A stretch of 64,000 bases of DNA, taken from IMG/VR virus record IMGVR_UViG_3300032782_000007, positions 9,240 to 73,239 of that record, one strand, 5' to 3'. The first letter of the stretch is position 1; every line of letters begins with the position of its first letter. Both the position numbers and the translations under genes were made by a program. Origin of the DNA: a virus. Under the pieces are notes generated by a model, which worked only from the letters and a program-made list of their open reading frames with translations, was not told the DNA's origin and made no database searches. This document shows, piece after piece, positions 49,511-58,220 of the stretch.

Positions 49511-50416
49511 ATGTCTCGTCCAGTCATAGCTTCCTACCTTGCGGCCGGAACGTACACTTTTACGCCACCTGCCGGTGTGTTCCTGGTCCTCGTACAAGGA
49601 ATGGGGGCTGGCGGCGGCGGCGGCGGCGCGAGCGGTTCTTACGACACGGCCTCGCAGGGCGCCAATGGAGGCGCCGGAGGTGGTGGAGCGCGCGTTAGCT
49701 GGCAGTGGGTGCCGGTTGTTCCGGGAACGCCTATCACGATCGTTGTCGGAGCGGGCGGAGCCGGAGGGGGCGGAGGTGCAGTGGGTGTTAGCGGCGCGAA
49801 TGGAACCGACGGAGCAGATACCACATTCGGCTCGCACACCTTTTACGGAGCCCAAGGTGGAACCGGCGGGGACTTCGACGGTCAGGACGAGAAGTACAGC
49901 GTTGGCGGGATGCCCTCCCGGCTGAGTGGAAACCTTGCCCTTACGTCCATCGACATCAACCTCGCAAACCCTCAGCGGGTAGATGTTTCATCACCGGTCC
50001 CTGGTCAGGGAGGGATGGCGGTTATTACGTGCATCCCCGCGACCTCGAATAACGGGCACATCGCCCTATCGAGGATGCTCCAACCGTTTGTGTTCATGGC
50101 AGGAGGCGCAACCGGTGCGGCCCAAGGAGGCGCGCAGGGACACGACTACGGGGGCGGTGGAGGCGCGGCTCCGCTACTTGTCGGCGACTTCTCTCCTGGC
50201 GGCGGAGGGGGCGCGTCGGAGTGGCCCGGTAACGTCGCAGGAACGGGTGGAGACGGTCCCTCATCGCGGTCAAGCCTTCAAGTGGGTACTGCGGGAACCG
50301 CGGGAACACTCGGGGCGGGCGGTGGCGGCGGCGGGGCTGGCACCCAGAATACGGCGGGACAGAATGGTGGCGCCGGCGGCGATGGGGCCCTCCAGCTCTT
50401 TTACTGGATCCCTTGA
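49511..50416 (+). CDS. Glycine-rich fibre/adhesin paralogue 3
   Basis: Same scaffold motifs as paralogue 1. Confidence 0.75.
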   Translation: MSRPVIASYLAAGTYTFTPPAGVFLVLVQGMGAGGGGGGASGSYDTASQGANGGAGGGGARVSWQWVPVVPGTPITIVVGAGGAGGGGGAVGVSGANGTDGADTTFGSHTFYGAQGGTGGDFDGQDEKYSVGGMPSRLSGNLALTSIDINLANPQRVDVSSPVPGQGGMAVITCIPATSNNGHIALSRMLQPFVFMAGGATGAAQGGAQGHDYGGGGGAAPLLVGDFSPGGGGGASEWPGNVAGTGGDGPSSRSSLQVGTAGTAGTLGAGGGGGGAGTQNTAGQNGGAGGDGALQLFYWIP

Positions 50417-50462
50417 GGCGTGAAAACCCCCGCATCGACTCAAGCCGCGATACTCTAAAGGC

Positions 50463-50879
50463 ATGACGGTTCGGCTTCGATACACAATTCAGGTGGGCGT
50501 TTCTTCGACAACGGCCGAGGAAAACGACCTTGGTAACCCAAAGTACGAAGTCGTGACCGACATCGAAGGCAAGGGTGGGACCTGGAAGACGACCGTTCCT
50601 ACGATGACCACGGACGTGCTCCTCGCGATGGGAAACATCACGACAGCCCAGTTCGTGGTGATTCGGACTTCTCCGAACGATCCAAACGATCCCGCCATCA
50701 CCGTCTCGATCAAGAAGAACTCGACAGGCGGCGAGGCAACGCCCATCGTGCCCGTTGGAGACTCCGTCGAAGGGATCTACGTGATCAGCACCGACTCGCT
50801 CACCGCGCTCTACGCGACCAACGCGTCCGCGTACGACGTCGATTTGACGGTCACCGTTGTTGGCGATTCGACGGCCTAA
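50463..50879 (+). CDS. Putative beta-rich structural protein
   Basis: TACTCT 6 nt before ATG; Thr/Val-rich. Confidence 0.55.
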   Translation: MTVRLRYTIQVGVSSTTAEENDLGNPKYEVVTDIEGKGGTWKTTVPTMTTDVLLAMGNITTAQFVVIRTSPNDPNDPAITVSIKKNSTGGEATPIVPVGDSVEGIYVISTDSLTALYATNASAYDVDLTVTVVGDSTA

Positions 50880-50983
50880 GGGGCCGGCCTAAGGGGCCGG
50901 GCGAAAAGTCCGTACGGACCTTTCTGCGTCCAGGAAATCATGTCGTCCATTACTAATGGACACCCAGGAAAACGAGACAGCGT

Positions 50984-51304
50984 TCAGACCACGCCGTCGC
51001 GATGAAGGCAGTAGCCCAGCTTGAACACCGAATGGGCGCAACTCCTGCAGTAGACGAGATAACCAGGTGGATATCCGAGCCGCTTCACCCAGACGCCGAT
51101 AGTTGTGTTGGGAGCAGGTTTTTCGGTACCCGGCCCCTGGAGGACCGTCAGAAGCTCGATGAGCCTCTCGCCGCAGCAAACACATCGACCCCCGTAACGG
51201 TTGACGGCCTCTTCTCGTAGTCGTCGCTGATAGGCGCGCGAGTACCCTCGCTGGCGCTCTCGACGCTTTTCTAGCGTAATTGCAGATGTTCGCGAAGATC
51301 TCAC
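50984..51304 (-). CDS. Degenerate HNH-like zinc-binding protein
   Basis: YGGRCVCCGE...LLTV and GYPPGYLVYCRSC...GYC.H; the DH catalytic motif is missing. Confidence 0.55.
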   Translation of the reverse strand: MRSSRTSAITLEKRRERQRGYSRAYQRRLREEAVNRYGGRCVCCGERLIELLTVLQGPGTEKPAPNTTIGVWVKRLGYPPGYLVYCRSCAHSVFKLGYCLHRDGVV

Positions 51305-51428
51305 AATCCCACTTTAGCTGCAAACGGTCTATTTGGGCCCCGAATGAAGACTGACTCGCGTAGTGTTAGATGAATCGAACGCGCCCAAATCGGCGGCGGA
51401 CAGAAATCATCAGCAACATCGAGGACCT

Positions 51429-51767
51429 ATGATCGTAACGCTCACAAACATCTCTGGAGTAACCCTCAACGATCTCGACATCGTCGGACCGTCGCCGCTC
51501 GTGACGGCCAAGGGTGGACAGCGGAAGTACCCGCTTCCGTACCCGTTCGGTCACATCGGCGCGCTCGCCAACAGTGCCACCTCGGTTCTGCCGGTGAAGC
51601 TCCGCGATCTCCGCAAGGGCGGACCGGTCTCGTACGCGGCCACGCTCTCGCCGGACGAGGAATGGAACCAGATGATCCAGGCCGGCCAGGTCACCTGGGG
51701 CATCGCCACCGAGACGACCGTCTCCGGCGTCAACGACACTGAGGAGATCTTCGTTCACGACATCTAG
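51429..51767 (+). CDS. Putative highly expressed virion (decoration-like) protein
   Basis: GAGGA RBS, strongly C/G-ending codons, own terminator. Confidence 0.5.
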   Translation: MIVTLTNISGVTLNDLDIVGPSPLVTAKGGQRKYPLPYPFGHIGALANSATSVLPVKLRDLRKGGPVSYAATLSPDEEWNQMIQAGQVTWGIATETTVSGVNDTEEIFVHDI

Positions 51768-51820
51768 TCGTACACTCTCCTACATCTACTACTCGGTCGA
51801 AAGGCTCGGAGTGGGGGGAC

Positions 51821-51852
51821 CGAAAAGCGCTGCGAGGCGCTTTTCGTGTTTA
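51821..51852. terminator. Intrinsic terminator
   Basis: CGAAAAGCGC-TGCGAG-GCGCTTTTCG followed by TGTTT. Confidence 0.75.
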
Positions 51853-51902
51853 AGCGCCAAACATTGTGCGGCGTCCATCAAAGTTGAAGTAGACTCTTCC
51901 GA

Positions 51903-52286
51903 ATGGGTACATTCACGCTTCAACCGGCCAAACTGTTTCAGACGCGGCTCATAGTGGACAAGTCCAAACCGATTGAGACGTACACGTTTCGTGAATTGGT
52001 CGCGCTCCTAGCGCCGCAGAACGAGCCGACGCAGCGCGCGCGTCTCGGATCGCTCAAGCCGGGCTACTTCGTAGGGACCTCTCACAGCGCGCGCAACCCG
52101 AAAAAGATCAACACGTTCTTTTTGGCGACATTCGGTCCGGGCGATCTCGCGCACGCGCTTCAAAAGGACCCCTCGTTCGTTGATCGCATGATCTCCGTGT
52201 ACCGAGTGGAGACGACGGGCTACGACGCGAAGGTCGACGAACCCAAGAAGCTCCCGCGTGATCCCGAAATCCCGCCAGAACCCTAA
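51903..52286 (+). CDS. Hypothetical protein
   Basis: TAGACT 7 nt before ATG. Confidence 0.55.
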   Translation: MGTFTLQPAKLFQTRLIVDKSKPIETYTFRELVALLAPQNEPTQRARLGSLKPGYFVGTSHSARNPKKINTFFLATFGPGDLAHALQKDPSFVDRMISVYRVETTGYDAKVDEPKKLPRDPEIPPEP

Positions 52287-52310
52287 CAAACGCGATACCC
52301 TAAAAAGACG

Positions 52311-52835
52311 ATGGATCCGAAAAGCCTCCTCGAAGACCTTCAGGGCCTTCTCTCTGCATCGACCGCTGCCCCCGCTACGCCCCATCAGTCGCCGCCTGAA
52401 GCGGTTTCGACCGCGGCCCGCCTCTCTGGCCTGCTCGAGGCGAAAAAGAGCGCTGGAGGCATCCTGAGCAAGCACATGACGGGTAAACCGCCCAAGACTG
52501 CCGGCGACACTCTCAGCGGAGGGATGAAAGGCAAAGCCCCCACCCCTCACGAGGCGGGCAAAGCCAAGTCGGGTAAAGATCTCGAGCGAAAGATCCGCGC
52601 AAAACGAAAGTCCAAAGAAGGCGGCGGTCACAACCCGTTTAAAACCAAGACTAAGCTCGGACCGGGCCCAAGAAAGGGGCGCAATTCGCAGACCTCGAAG
52701 TGGCACTGCAAGTGTTCCAACTACAAGTGCTCCTGTGTGGCGGGTAAACGACATAAGACCATAAAAATCCAGCGTGCCTGGAAAAAAAATTACAATGCCG
52801 AATTCAAGGCATGGCGAAAACATCAACGATCCTAA
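52311..52835 (+). CDS. Lys-rich basic protein, possible internal head protein
   Basis: Two LLE motifs, then a basic tail with CKC...CSC. Confidence 0.5.
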   Translation: MDPKSLLEDLQGLLSASTAAPATPHQSPPEAVSTAARLSGLLEAKKSAGGILSKHMTGKPPKTAGDTLSGGMKGKAPTPHEAGKAKSGKDLERKIRAKRKSKEGGGHNPFKTKTKLGPGPRKGRNSQTSKWHCKCSNYKCSCVAGKRHKTIKIQRAWKKNYNAEFKAWRKHQRS

Positions 52836-52851
52836 GCAGTTAGGCGTAGTC

Positions 52852-53700
52852 TTGGACCTCAGAGGGCAATTCCCGGTTTCCTCCTCGAACGCTTTCCTCG
52901 TGTACGGGCTTCTGGATCCGTGGACAGGGGAGTTGCGGTACATCGGGCAAACGACGATGGGGATGAAACGTCCGCATCAGCACGCCACCCCCTACTACTT
53001 GCGTATCGAGGGAAATTCGTGGAAAGCGAATTGGATTCGGAAATTACTCCGCGACGGAGAGAAACCAATAGTCGTCATTCTGGACGAATCTTGCACGTCT
53101 GCAGAGATGGTTGCAGCCAGAGAGGTCGCGTTGATCGCGGAGTACCGCGCCAAGGGAGCGAGGCTTACCAACCAGAGCGAAGGCGGAATCGGGCCTGTAG
53201 GACTCAAGCGATCACGAGAGAGCGTTGAGCGAGGTGCTGCGAAACGGCGAGGGGCAAAGCGTACGCTGGAACAGCGTTTGCGCATGATGGAAGGTCAGGC
53301 CGCTAGAGGGAAGACAGCGGCGGATATCGAGCACGCCCGCGCAATGGGTTCCGCCTGGAAAGGCAAAAAACGCGATCCTGAAAGTGTTGCGAGGAGCGCG
53401 GCGGCACGCCGCGGTGTTAAGCGCACACCTGAGCAAATCGCGCGAATAAAGGCAGGGGCGGCGGCAGGACGAGCCGCGGCCGGACCGACCTCGGAGGAGA
53501 CGCGCGCCAAAATGAGCGCCGCGCACGTGGGTAAGCCGAAGCCGGCCGGCTTTGCAGAGCTACAGTCGCAGCTCCGCAAGGGGGAATGGGCCAAGCGAAC
53601 ACCCGAGGAGCGCCAGGCCATCGCTGCCAAAGCACAAGAGACGAGACGACGCAACAAAGCCGAGGCCGCAAGCGGGCCTGACAACCCGAAAGAAGGCTAA
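52852..53700 (+). CDS. GIY-YIG homing endonuclease with NUMOD3-like repeats (start uncertain)
   Basis: VYGLLDP...RYIGQT, E..LI, LTN..EGG, SEETRAKMSAAH. Confidence 0.85.
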   Translation: MDLRGQFPVSSSNAFLVYGLLDPWTGELRYIGQTTMGMKRPHQHATPYYLRIEGNSWKANWIRKLLRDGEKPIVVILDESCTSAEMVAAREVALIAEYRAKGARLTNQSEGGIGPVGLKRSRESVERGAAKRRGAKRTLEQRLRMMEGQAARGKTAADIEHARAMGSAWKGKKRDPESVARSAAARRGVKRTPEQIARIKAGAAAGRAAAGPTSEETRAKMSAAHVGKPKPAGFAELQSQLRKGEWAKRTPEERQAIAAKAQETRRRNKAEAASGPDNPKEG

Positions 53701-53702
53701 TC

Positions 53703-54497
53703 GTGACCGGTCTTTTGTCGTTGTCCAAGGCGCTCACGTCGGGCATAGGGGAGCGCAAGGCGGAGTGTGCGATCCTCGAGTTGGACGATCAGGACAAGCC
53801 GACAGGGAACGACTACCTCGCCTTTCAGTACTTTCCTGAGACGATCCAGGATACGAAGGCGGTCAACTACGCGCACAAGGAGATCCCCGGAGGGTCGCTG
53901 CCGCTCTACCAGTGGGTGAGTGGAGGGGAGCGCGTCATTTCCTTTCAGGCGGTGTTCTCGGCAGACGTTGATATCCTTTCCGACCCCAAAGCGTTTCAGA
54001 CGCTAGTGACCAAGGGGTACGTGAGACGGAACGTCGACATCCGCACCGCGCTCCTTTGGTTGAGGCGGTTTCAGATGCCTCGGTACGGTACGGTCCAGCA
54101 GTTGGGGGTACCGCTCACGCAGGCCCCGCGCAAACTAGTTCTGAGGATCCAGAACTCGGGCATTGGTTTGACTGGCGGCGAGGTAAGTACGGCGGTTACG
54201 TCGAACAGCGCGCAAGCCGTCATATCAAAAGCAGGCGATTCCGGCAGCGAACTAGGTCTTCTCACCGACAGCCTCATAGCGATCATGATGCAGTGTCAGG
54301 TGCAGTACGAGTCGTTCTTCCCCAGCGGACTGCCGAGGCTTGCGGTGGTCCAGCTTTCGTTCGCGCAAACCGCACAAGTTGCAGGCGCGGTCTCTTTTCC
54401 CGCAGCTACAGAGAACCTCGACTTCATCGTTAACAATGGCCGAGGCTCGCCCAACGGAGATTACGCGCCCTACCCGATCAAGGTACACTTCGAGTAG
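53703..54497 (+). CDS. Tail tube initiator / CIS tube-like protein
   Basis: FQYFPETIQDTK.VNY...IPGGSLPLYQWVSGGER.ISF; F.SG.PR.A.V.LSF. Confidence 0.7.
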   Translation: MTGLLSLSKALTSGIGERKAECAILELDDQDKPTGNDYLAFQYFPETIQDTKAVNYAHKEIPGGSLPLYQWVSGGERVISFQAVFSADVDILSDPKAFQTLVTKGYVRRNVDIRTALLWLRRFQMPRYGTVQQLGVPLTQAPRKLVLRIQNSGIGLTGGEVSTAVTSNSAQAVISKAGDSGSELGLLTDSLIAIMMQCQVQYESFFPSGLPRLAVVQLSFAQTAQVAGAVSFPAATENLDFIVNNGRGSPNGDYAPYPIKVHFE

Positions 54498-54500
54498 CCG

Positions 54501-55799
54501 ATGCCGCTTCGTAAGGGGAAATCGCGAGCCGCGTTCTCATACAACGTGGGGGAGCTTATTCGGGCCGGCCATCCAAAGGCCCAAGCGCTCGCGATCGCCT
54601 ACAAGACAGCCGATGAGGGGATGGCGTCCTATCCATTTCCTGGTGGACCCGCACAAGGCTCCCTCAGTACGGGACTCCCTGCGAAGCCTGATGCGAACAA
54701 GATCTTCGATACGTGGCTTGCCAATCTGGGCCGCGCCCCAACTGCGAAAGATCGTGAGGCATGGTCGGCGGAGGCGCAGAGGCAGGGCATAGACAGCCCC
54801 GACGAAGACCGTGTGTGGAAGACCTCCCCGGCCCGGGACGAGGAGCGCGCGCTGGCGACACTAGCGAAGATCTTTGCGAGCACGCCGCGCCCGCCCGTCG
54901 TAGGTCGCTTCGAGGAGGGGATTGGCGGATCTGCGGGGTGGGCGGGAATCAATCTGCCTATGCCGGGCGGCGATGTGCCGGCGAAGAGACAGGTTCAACC
55001 GGTTACGTTCGAACGGCCGGAGGACATGAACCAGCCGCTGCCCAAGAAGGACAAGCTGCTCGCGCTCGATCAGCCGGCGCCGGAGACCTCCCGAACTGCC
55101 CCGACCGGTCCTGTCAGGACGCGTAAAGAGGATGTCACGGCCGAGGCCACGATGTTCTCGTTCCCGGGGTGGCCGATGATGAATCGCGCCGCGCAGGTCT
55201 CAGACGCCTCGAAGGCCGAGCTGGGCAAGCCGGGTGAGCCGCAAGCCCCCCAGATGGGCGCGGCACCTGGGTTCCCATTTCACACGAGGGCGGCAGAGCG
55301 GGTTTGGACGTTCGCGCAGCTTCTGATCCTTACGCATCCCGAATCGCCGCCCTACGACATTCTGAGGCGCGCGATGGTCGAGGCAGGGCTTCAGCCGACG
55401 GAGCTGACTCCGGAGGACATGACGCTTTTGCAGATGGCGATCGATATGATGCAGAACGGTCCTCCAATCTCCAATGTGCGTACAGGTGGGATGCCCGGCG
55501 GCCCTCTTAGTGTGGCCCCTCACGGGGAGGAAAAGGTCCGTACGGACCTCGCGGGTTTGGAAGAGTTCTCGCGGCTCGCGGAGGTCGCGTTTTCTGCGAG
55601 CGCCTATCCGGGACCCGAGCCGGGCGCGTCGTGGTCCTCTTCGATGACCTATCCGAGTGGGATCCCGAACAGCGCCGGAGGGGTCCAACCCGATCAAACC
55701 GTTGACTCTGACGGGGAGGCGCGCGACAAGGAGAAAGCGGACGCGAAGCGCGCCGCTCTTCGAAAGTTGGCAGTATGGGTCCAAAGTCGTCCCCGATAG
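54501..55799 (+). CDS. Pro-rich putative head-associated protein
   Basis: N-terminal MPLRKGKS.....NV.EL...G.PK.QA.AIA module familiar from phage proteins. Confidence 0.5.
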   Translation: MPLRKGKSRAAFSYNVGELIRAGHPKAQALAIAYKTADEGMASYPFPGGPAQGSLSTGLPAKPDANKIFDTWLANLGRAPTAKDREAWSAEAQRQGIDSPDEDRVWKTSPARDEERALATLAKIFASTPRPPVVGRFEEGIGGSAGWAGINLPMPGGDVPAKRQVQPVTFERPEDMNQPLPKKDKLLALDQPAPETSRTAPTGPVRTRKEDVTAEATMFSFPGWPMMNRAAQVSDASKAELGKPGEPQAPQMGAAPGFPFHTRAAERVWTFAQLLILTHPESPPYDILRRAMVEAGLQPTELTPEDMTLLQMAIDMMQNGPPISNVRTGGMPGGPLSVAPHGEEKVRTDLAGLEEFSRLAEVAFSASAYPGPEPGASWSSSMTYPSGIPNSAGGVQPDQTVDSDGEARDKEKADAKRAALRKLAVWVQSRPR

Positions 55800-55951
55800 A
55801 CGAGCAACCGCATCCGAACGACGTGGTTTTCCTAATGATCCCGGTAGAGCTATTCCGAAAGCTCTCTGAGGAGGCCGGTTTGAGGCAGCAAAACCTGGCG
55901 CAGTTTCTGGCTTCGGCGGTCTCCGACTACCTAAAAAAGCCGTATCCCTAG
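55775..55951 (+). CDS. Small RHH-like protein (not in the ORF track)
   Basis: Hand translation MGPK...VVFLMIPVELFRKLSEEAGLRQQNLAQFLASAVSDYL. Confidence 0.5.
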   Translation: MGPKSSPIDEQPHPNDVVFLMIPVELFRKLSEEAGLRQQNLAQFLASAVSDYLKKPYP

Positions 55952-56006
55952 CGACTGTCGAAAAAGAGTTCGGCGATACACACACTAGGCGCGATATTAT
56001 GGGGCA

Positions 56007-56483
56007 ATGGCTCTACCCGCGACATGGCCGCCGCGCCCCGCTTCAGGTCTCCGTTCGATTCGTTTCTTCCAGATGGGAACGACGACCTCGGACTTTGCCG
56101 ACAATGCCTTCATCTTCGCTGATAGTGCAGCGGCGAACACGTTTACACCCACCCCGTTCCTCAGACCGGGCGATTTGTCGACGATTCATATCGGAGACAC
56201 GTCGGCATCCGGTTCTCCTGAAGGTGGTGGGCGCAATGCGGGAGACGCGGTTCCAGATCCGCATATCCAGCAGCTTCCGCCGCCGCCGTCGATGATCTGG
56301 TGTCGAGGTTTCAAGATCATCTGCTCGACACACGACCTCATCTTCAGCTTCGACGGGACAAACATCCACGGGTACGTAAAGGCAGGAACCACCGATTTCT
56401 ATCTCGATCGCTACGAGGCGGGGATTGCGATCGCCGAGGCGAGCGCCGGACAGCACGCCGATTACATTTTGGAAGCTTGGTAG
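56007..56483 (+). CDS. Putative small structural beta protein
   Basis: TATTAT 6 nt before ATG; LIFSFDGTNIHG motif; ends EAW. Confidence 0.55.
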   Translation: MALPATWPPRPASGLRSIRFFQMGTTTSDFADNAFIFADSAAANTFTPTPFLRPGDLSTIHIGDTSASGSPEGGGRNAGDAVPDPHIQQLPPPPSMIWCRGFKIICSTHDLIFSFDGTNIHGYVKAGTTDFYLDRYEAGIAIAEASAGQHADYILEAW

Positions 56484-56498
56484 GCGGATCCTAGACGC

Positions 56499-56780
56499 AT
56501 GTACGATTTGCTTTTAAAGATCGCTCAAACGGGGGGACCTGTTGGGATCTGTTTGGTCCTGATGTACCTATTCGCCCGTCAGCAAGACAAGACGGTTCGA
56601 GAGGTCGAAGCAAAGCGTGTGGCCGATGCTCAAGCAATGACACAGAAGCTGTTGGATCTCAACGACAAGTGGAACGAGACCATCAACTCGCAGATCGAGG
56701 TCCAAGAGGCGCAGAAAAACCTCTTGAGCGATGTGAGACGCGCGATTGACGATCAGATCAGGTATGGTCGACGCGCATGA
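56499..56780 (+). CDS. Holin-like protein (one TM helix plus coiled coil)
   Basis: GPVGICLVLMYLFA then amphipathic coil. Confidence 0.55.
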   Translation: MYDLLLKIAQTGGPVGICLVLMYLFARQQDKTVREVEAKRVADAQAMTQKLLDLNDKWNETINSQIEVQEAQKNLLSDVRRAIDDQIRYGRRA

Positions 56781-57436
56781 GAAAACGACTTGCATCGATC
56801 GAGGTAGCGGATCAGCTCGACATTGCGTTCTCGAAGATCGACGAGACGGGCGCGCGCCTGGACAAGCTGAAGAAGGCGTACAACGACACGGCGAACGAGA
56901 TGTCTCAAATCTCGTACGACCAGATCCAGAAAGCGACTACGCCGCCTCCCGCGCCCGCAGCGGCCCCCGCGGTTCCGCCGATGCCGGCCCCGCCACTTCC
57001 GACGGGATACTCAGTGACGGGCGAGGTCTCTTCAGAGAAGCCTCTTCCGCCGCGCCCGCGCGTTCCCCGTCCGGACCCCAGGCCGGCCAAGGTCGCGCCG
57101 CCTCCGGTGCCGAAAGCGGCGCCGCCCAAGCCGACCACTTCGGGGCGGTTTTACATTCAGTTGACCGGCGCGGAGAATCCCGAGGGGCTTCGCCAGCTTC
57201 GTGACAAGCTTGGAAAGGTCGGACGTGTTGTCGACTCTGGGCGAGGTACCGCCTCGAGTCCAGGTGCGGAATGGGTGGAAGTGGCGGTTCGTGCGGACAC
57301 CGCGGAAGTGATCGCGGCCCTGAAAGAGGTTGAGCTGAAGGAGCGGGTGGAGAAGATCATCGAGGTAAAACCTGGTGAGGGGCGACTTCTCGCGAGACAG
57401 CTCGACATATTTCATCTAAAACGTTCTCATGAATGA
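56777..57436 (+). CDS. Hypothetical protein with Pro-rich linker
   Basis: Coupled to the holin-like and GroES genes. Confidence 0.55.
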   Translation: MRKRLASIEVADQLDIAFSKIDETGARLDKLKKAYNDTANEMSQISYDQIQKATTPPPAPAAAPAVPPMPAPPLPTGYSVTGEVSSEKPLPPRPRVPRPDPRPAKVAPPPVPKAAPPKPTTSGRFYIQLTGAENPEGLRQLRDKLGKVGRVVDSGRGTASSPGAEWVEVAVRADTAEVIAALKEVELKERVEKIIEVKPGEGRLLARQLDIFHLKRSHE

Positions 57437-57794
57437 GAGCCCCATGAGTGAGAACTTGCAGAAGGTGGAAGCGACGTGGGCGGAGGTTGGTCGGAAGGCG
57501 CGACCTCTTCGCAAAATGGTTTTCGTCCGGACGGAGCTTCGTCCGGAAAAGGATGGGCTCATCTATCTTCCTCCCTCGCAGAGGACCAACTACGCCGGTC
57601 TCGGTCACAAGGTGTTCATGTACGGGCTGGTCCTGTCTGTGGGCCCTGACTGCAAGTACCTCAAGCCGGGCGATCGCGTGGCGTTCACGCGCCTCTTCTT
57701 CGCACATTGGGAGAAGCTCGAGGACGGGACTCTCGTGGGCTGGCTGGATGAGACCAACGTTTCTGCTCTTGCGAAGGGCCCGTCGGAGAACTAG
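57429..57794 (+). CDS. groES: GroES-like co-chaperonin
   Basis: RPL..MVFV, GLIYLP, GLVLSVGPDC..LKPGDRV.F. Confidence 0.8.
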   Translation: MNESPMSENLQKVEATWAEVGRKARPLRKMVFVRTELRPEKDGLIYLPPSQRTNYAGLGHKVFMYGLVLSVGPDCKYLKPGDRVAFTRLFFAHWEKLEDGTLVGWLDETNVSALAKGPSEN

Positions 57795-58141
57795 TGATGA
57801 TTCAGCACCTGCAGGAAGGGATGCTCGCTCTGCTTCACGATACGATCGTGGAGTGGGATGATGGTCCGTGCGATTGCGGGTGCTCGAAAGATCCTCGGAC
57901 GCAGGCCAAGCGGCGTCTCCTCGAGAAGCCGAAACCCAGTGCTCCGAAAGCCGAATCGGCAGCGGCAGCGCTTCTCACGATACTCGACGAGGCGCGTCCA
58001 CGCATCAAGCGGCGGATCAAAATGTTCCGGCGTTTGAGGCGAGTTCGACCGACAAGGCCCGCGCGCTCCGAGAAGATCAAAAAGTCCGTTCGCGCGTACC
58101 GAGCGATCCGGACTGGTCCCAGCCATAACCGCCACCGGTAG
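57794..58141 (+). CDS. Arg-rich hypothetical protein
   Basis: Coupled ORF with LDE motif and basic tail. Confidence 0.45.
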   Translation: MMIQHLQEGMLALLHDTIVEWDDGPCDCGCSKDPRTQAKRRLLEKPKPSAPKAESAAAALLTILDEARPRIKRRIKMFRRLRRVRPTRPARSEKIKKSVRAYRAIRTGPSHNRHR

Positions 58142-58220
58142 CGCGTCTCCGAGAGATCTCCGAAGGTCCGTACGGACCTTTTCGGTTTTAATCATCGCGG
58201 CTCTCTGGTAGAAATCTTGG

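Noticed and set aside
47836-50416. Diversity-generating retroelement targeting the Gly-rich genes
   Set aside because: No reverse transcriptase and no near-identical template/variable repeat pair differing at adenines; the paralogues are diverged throughout.
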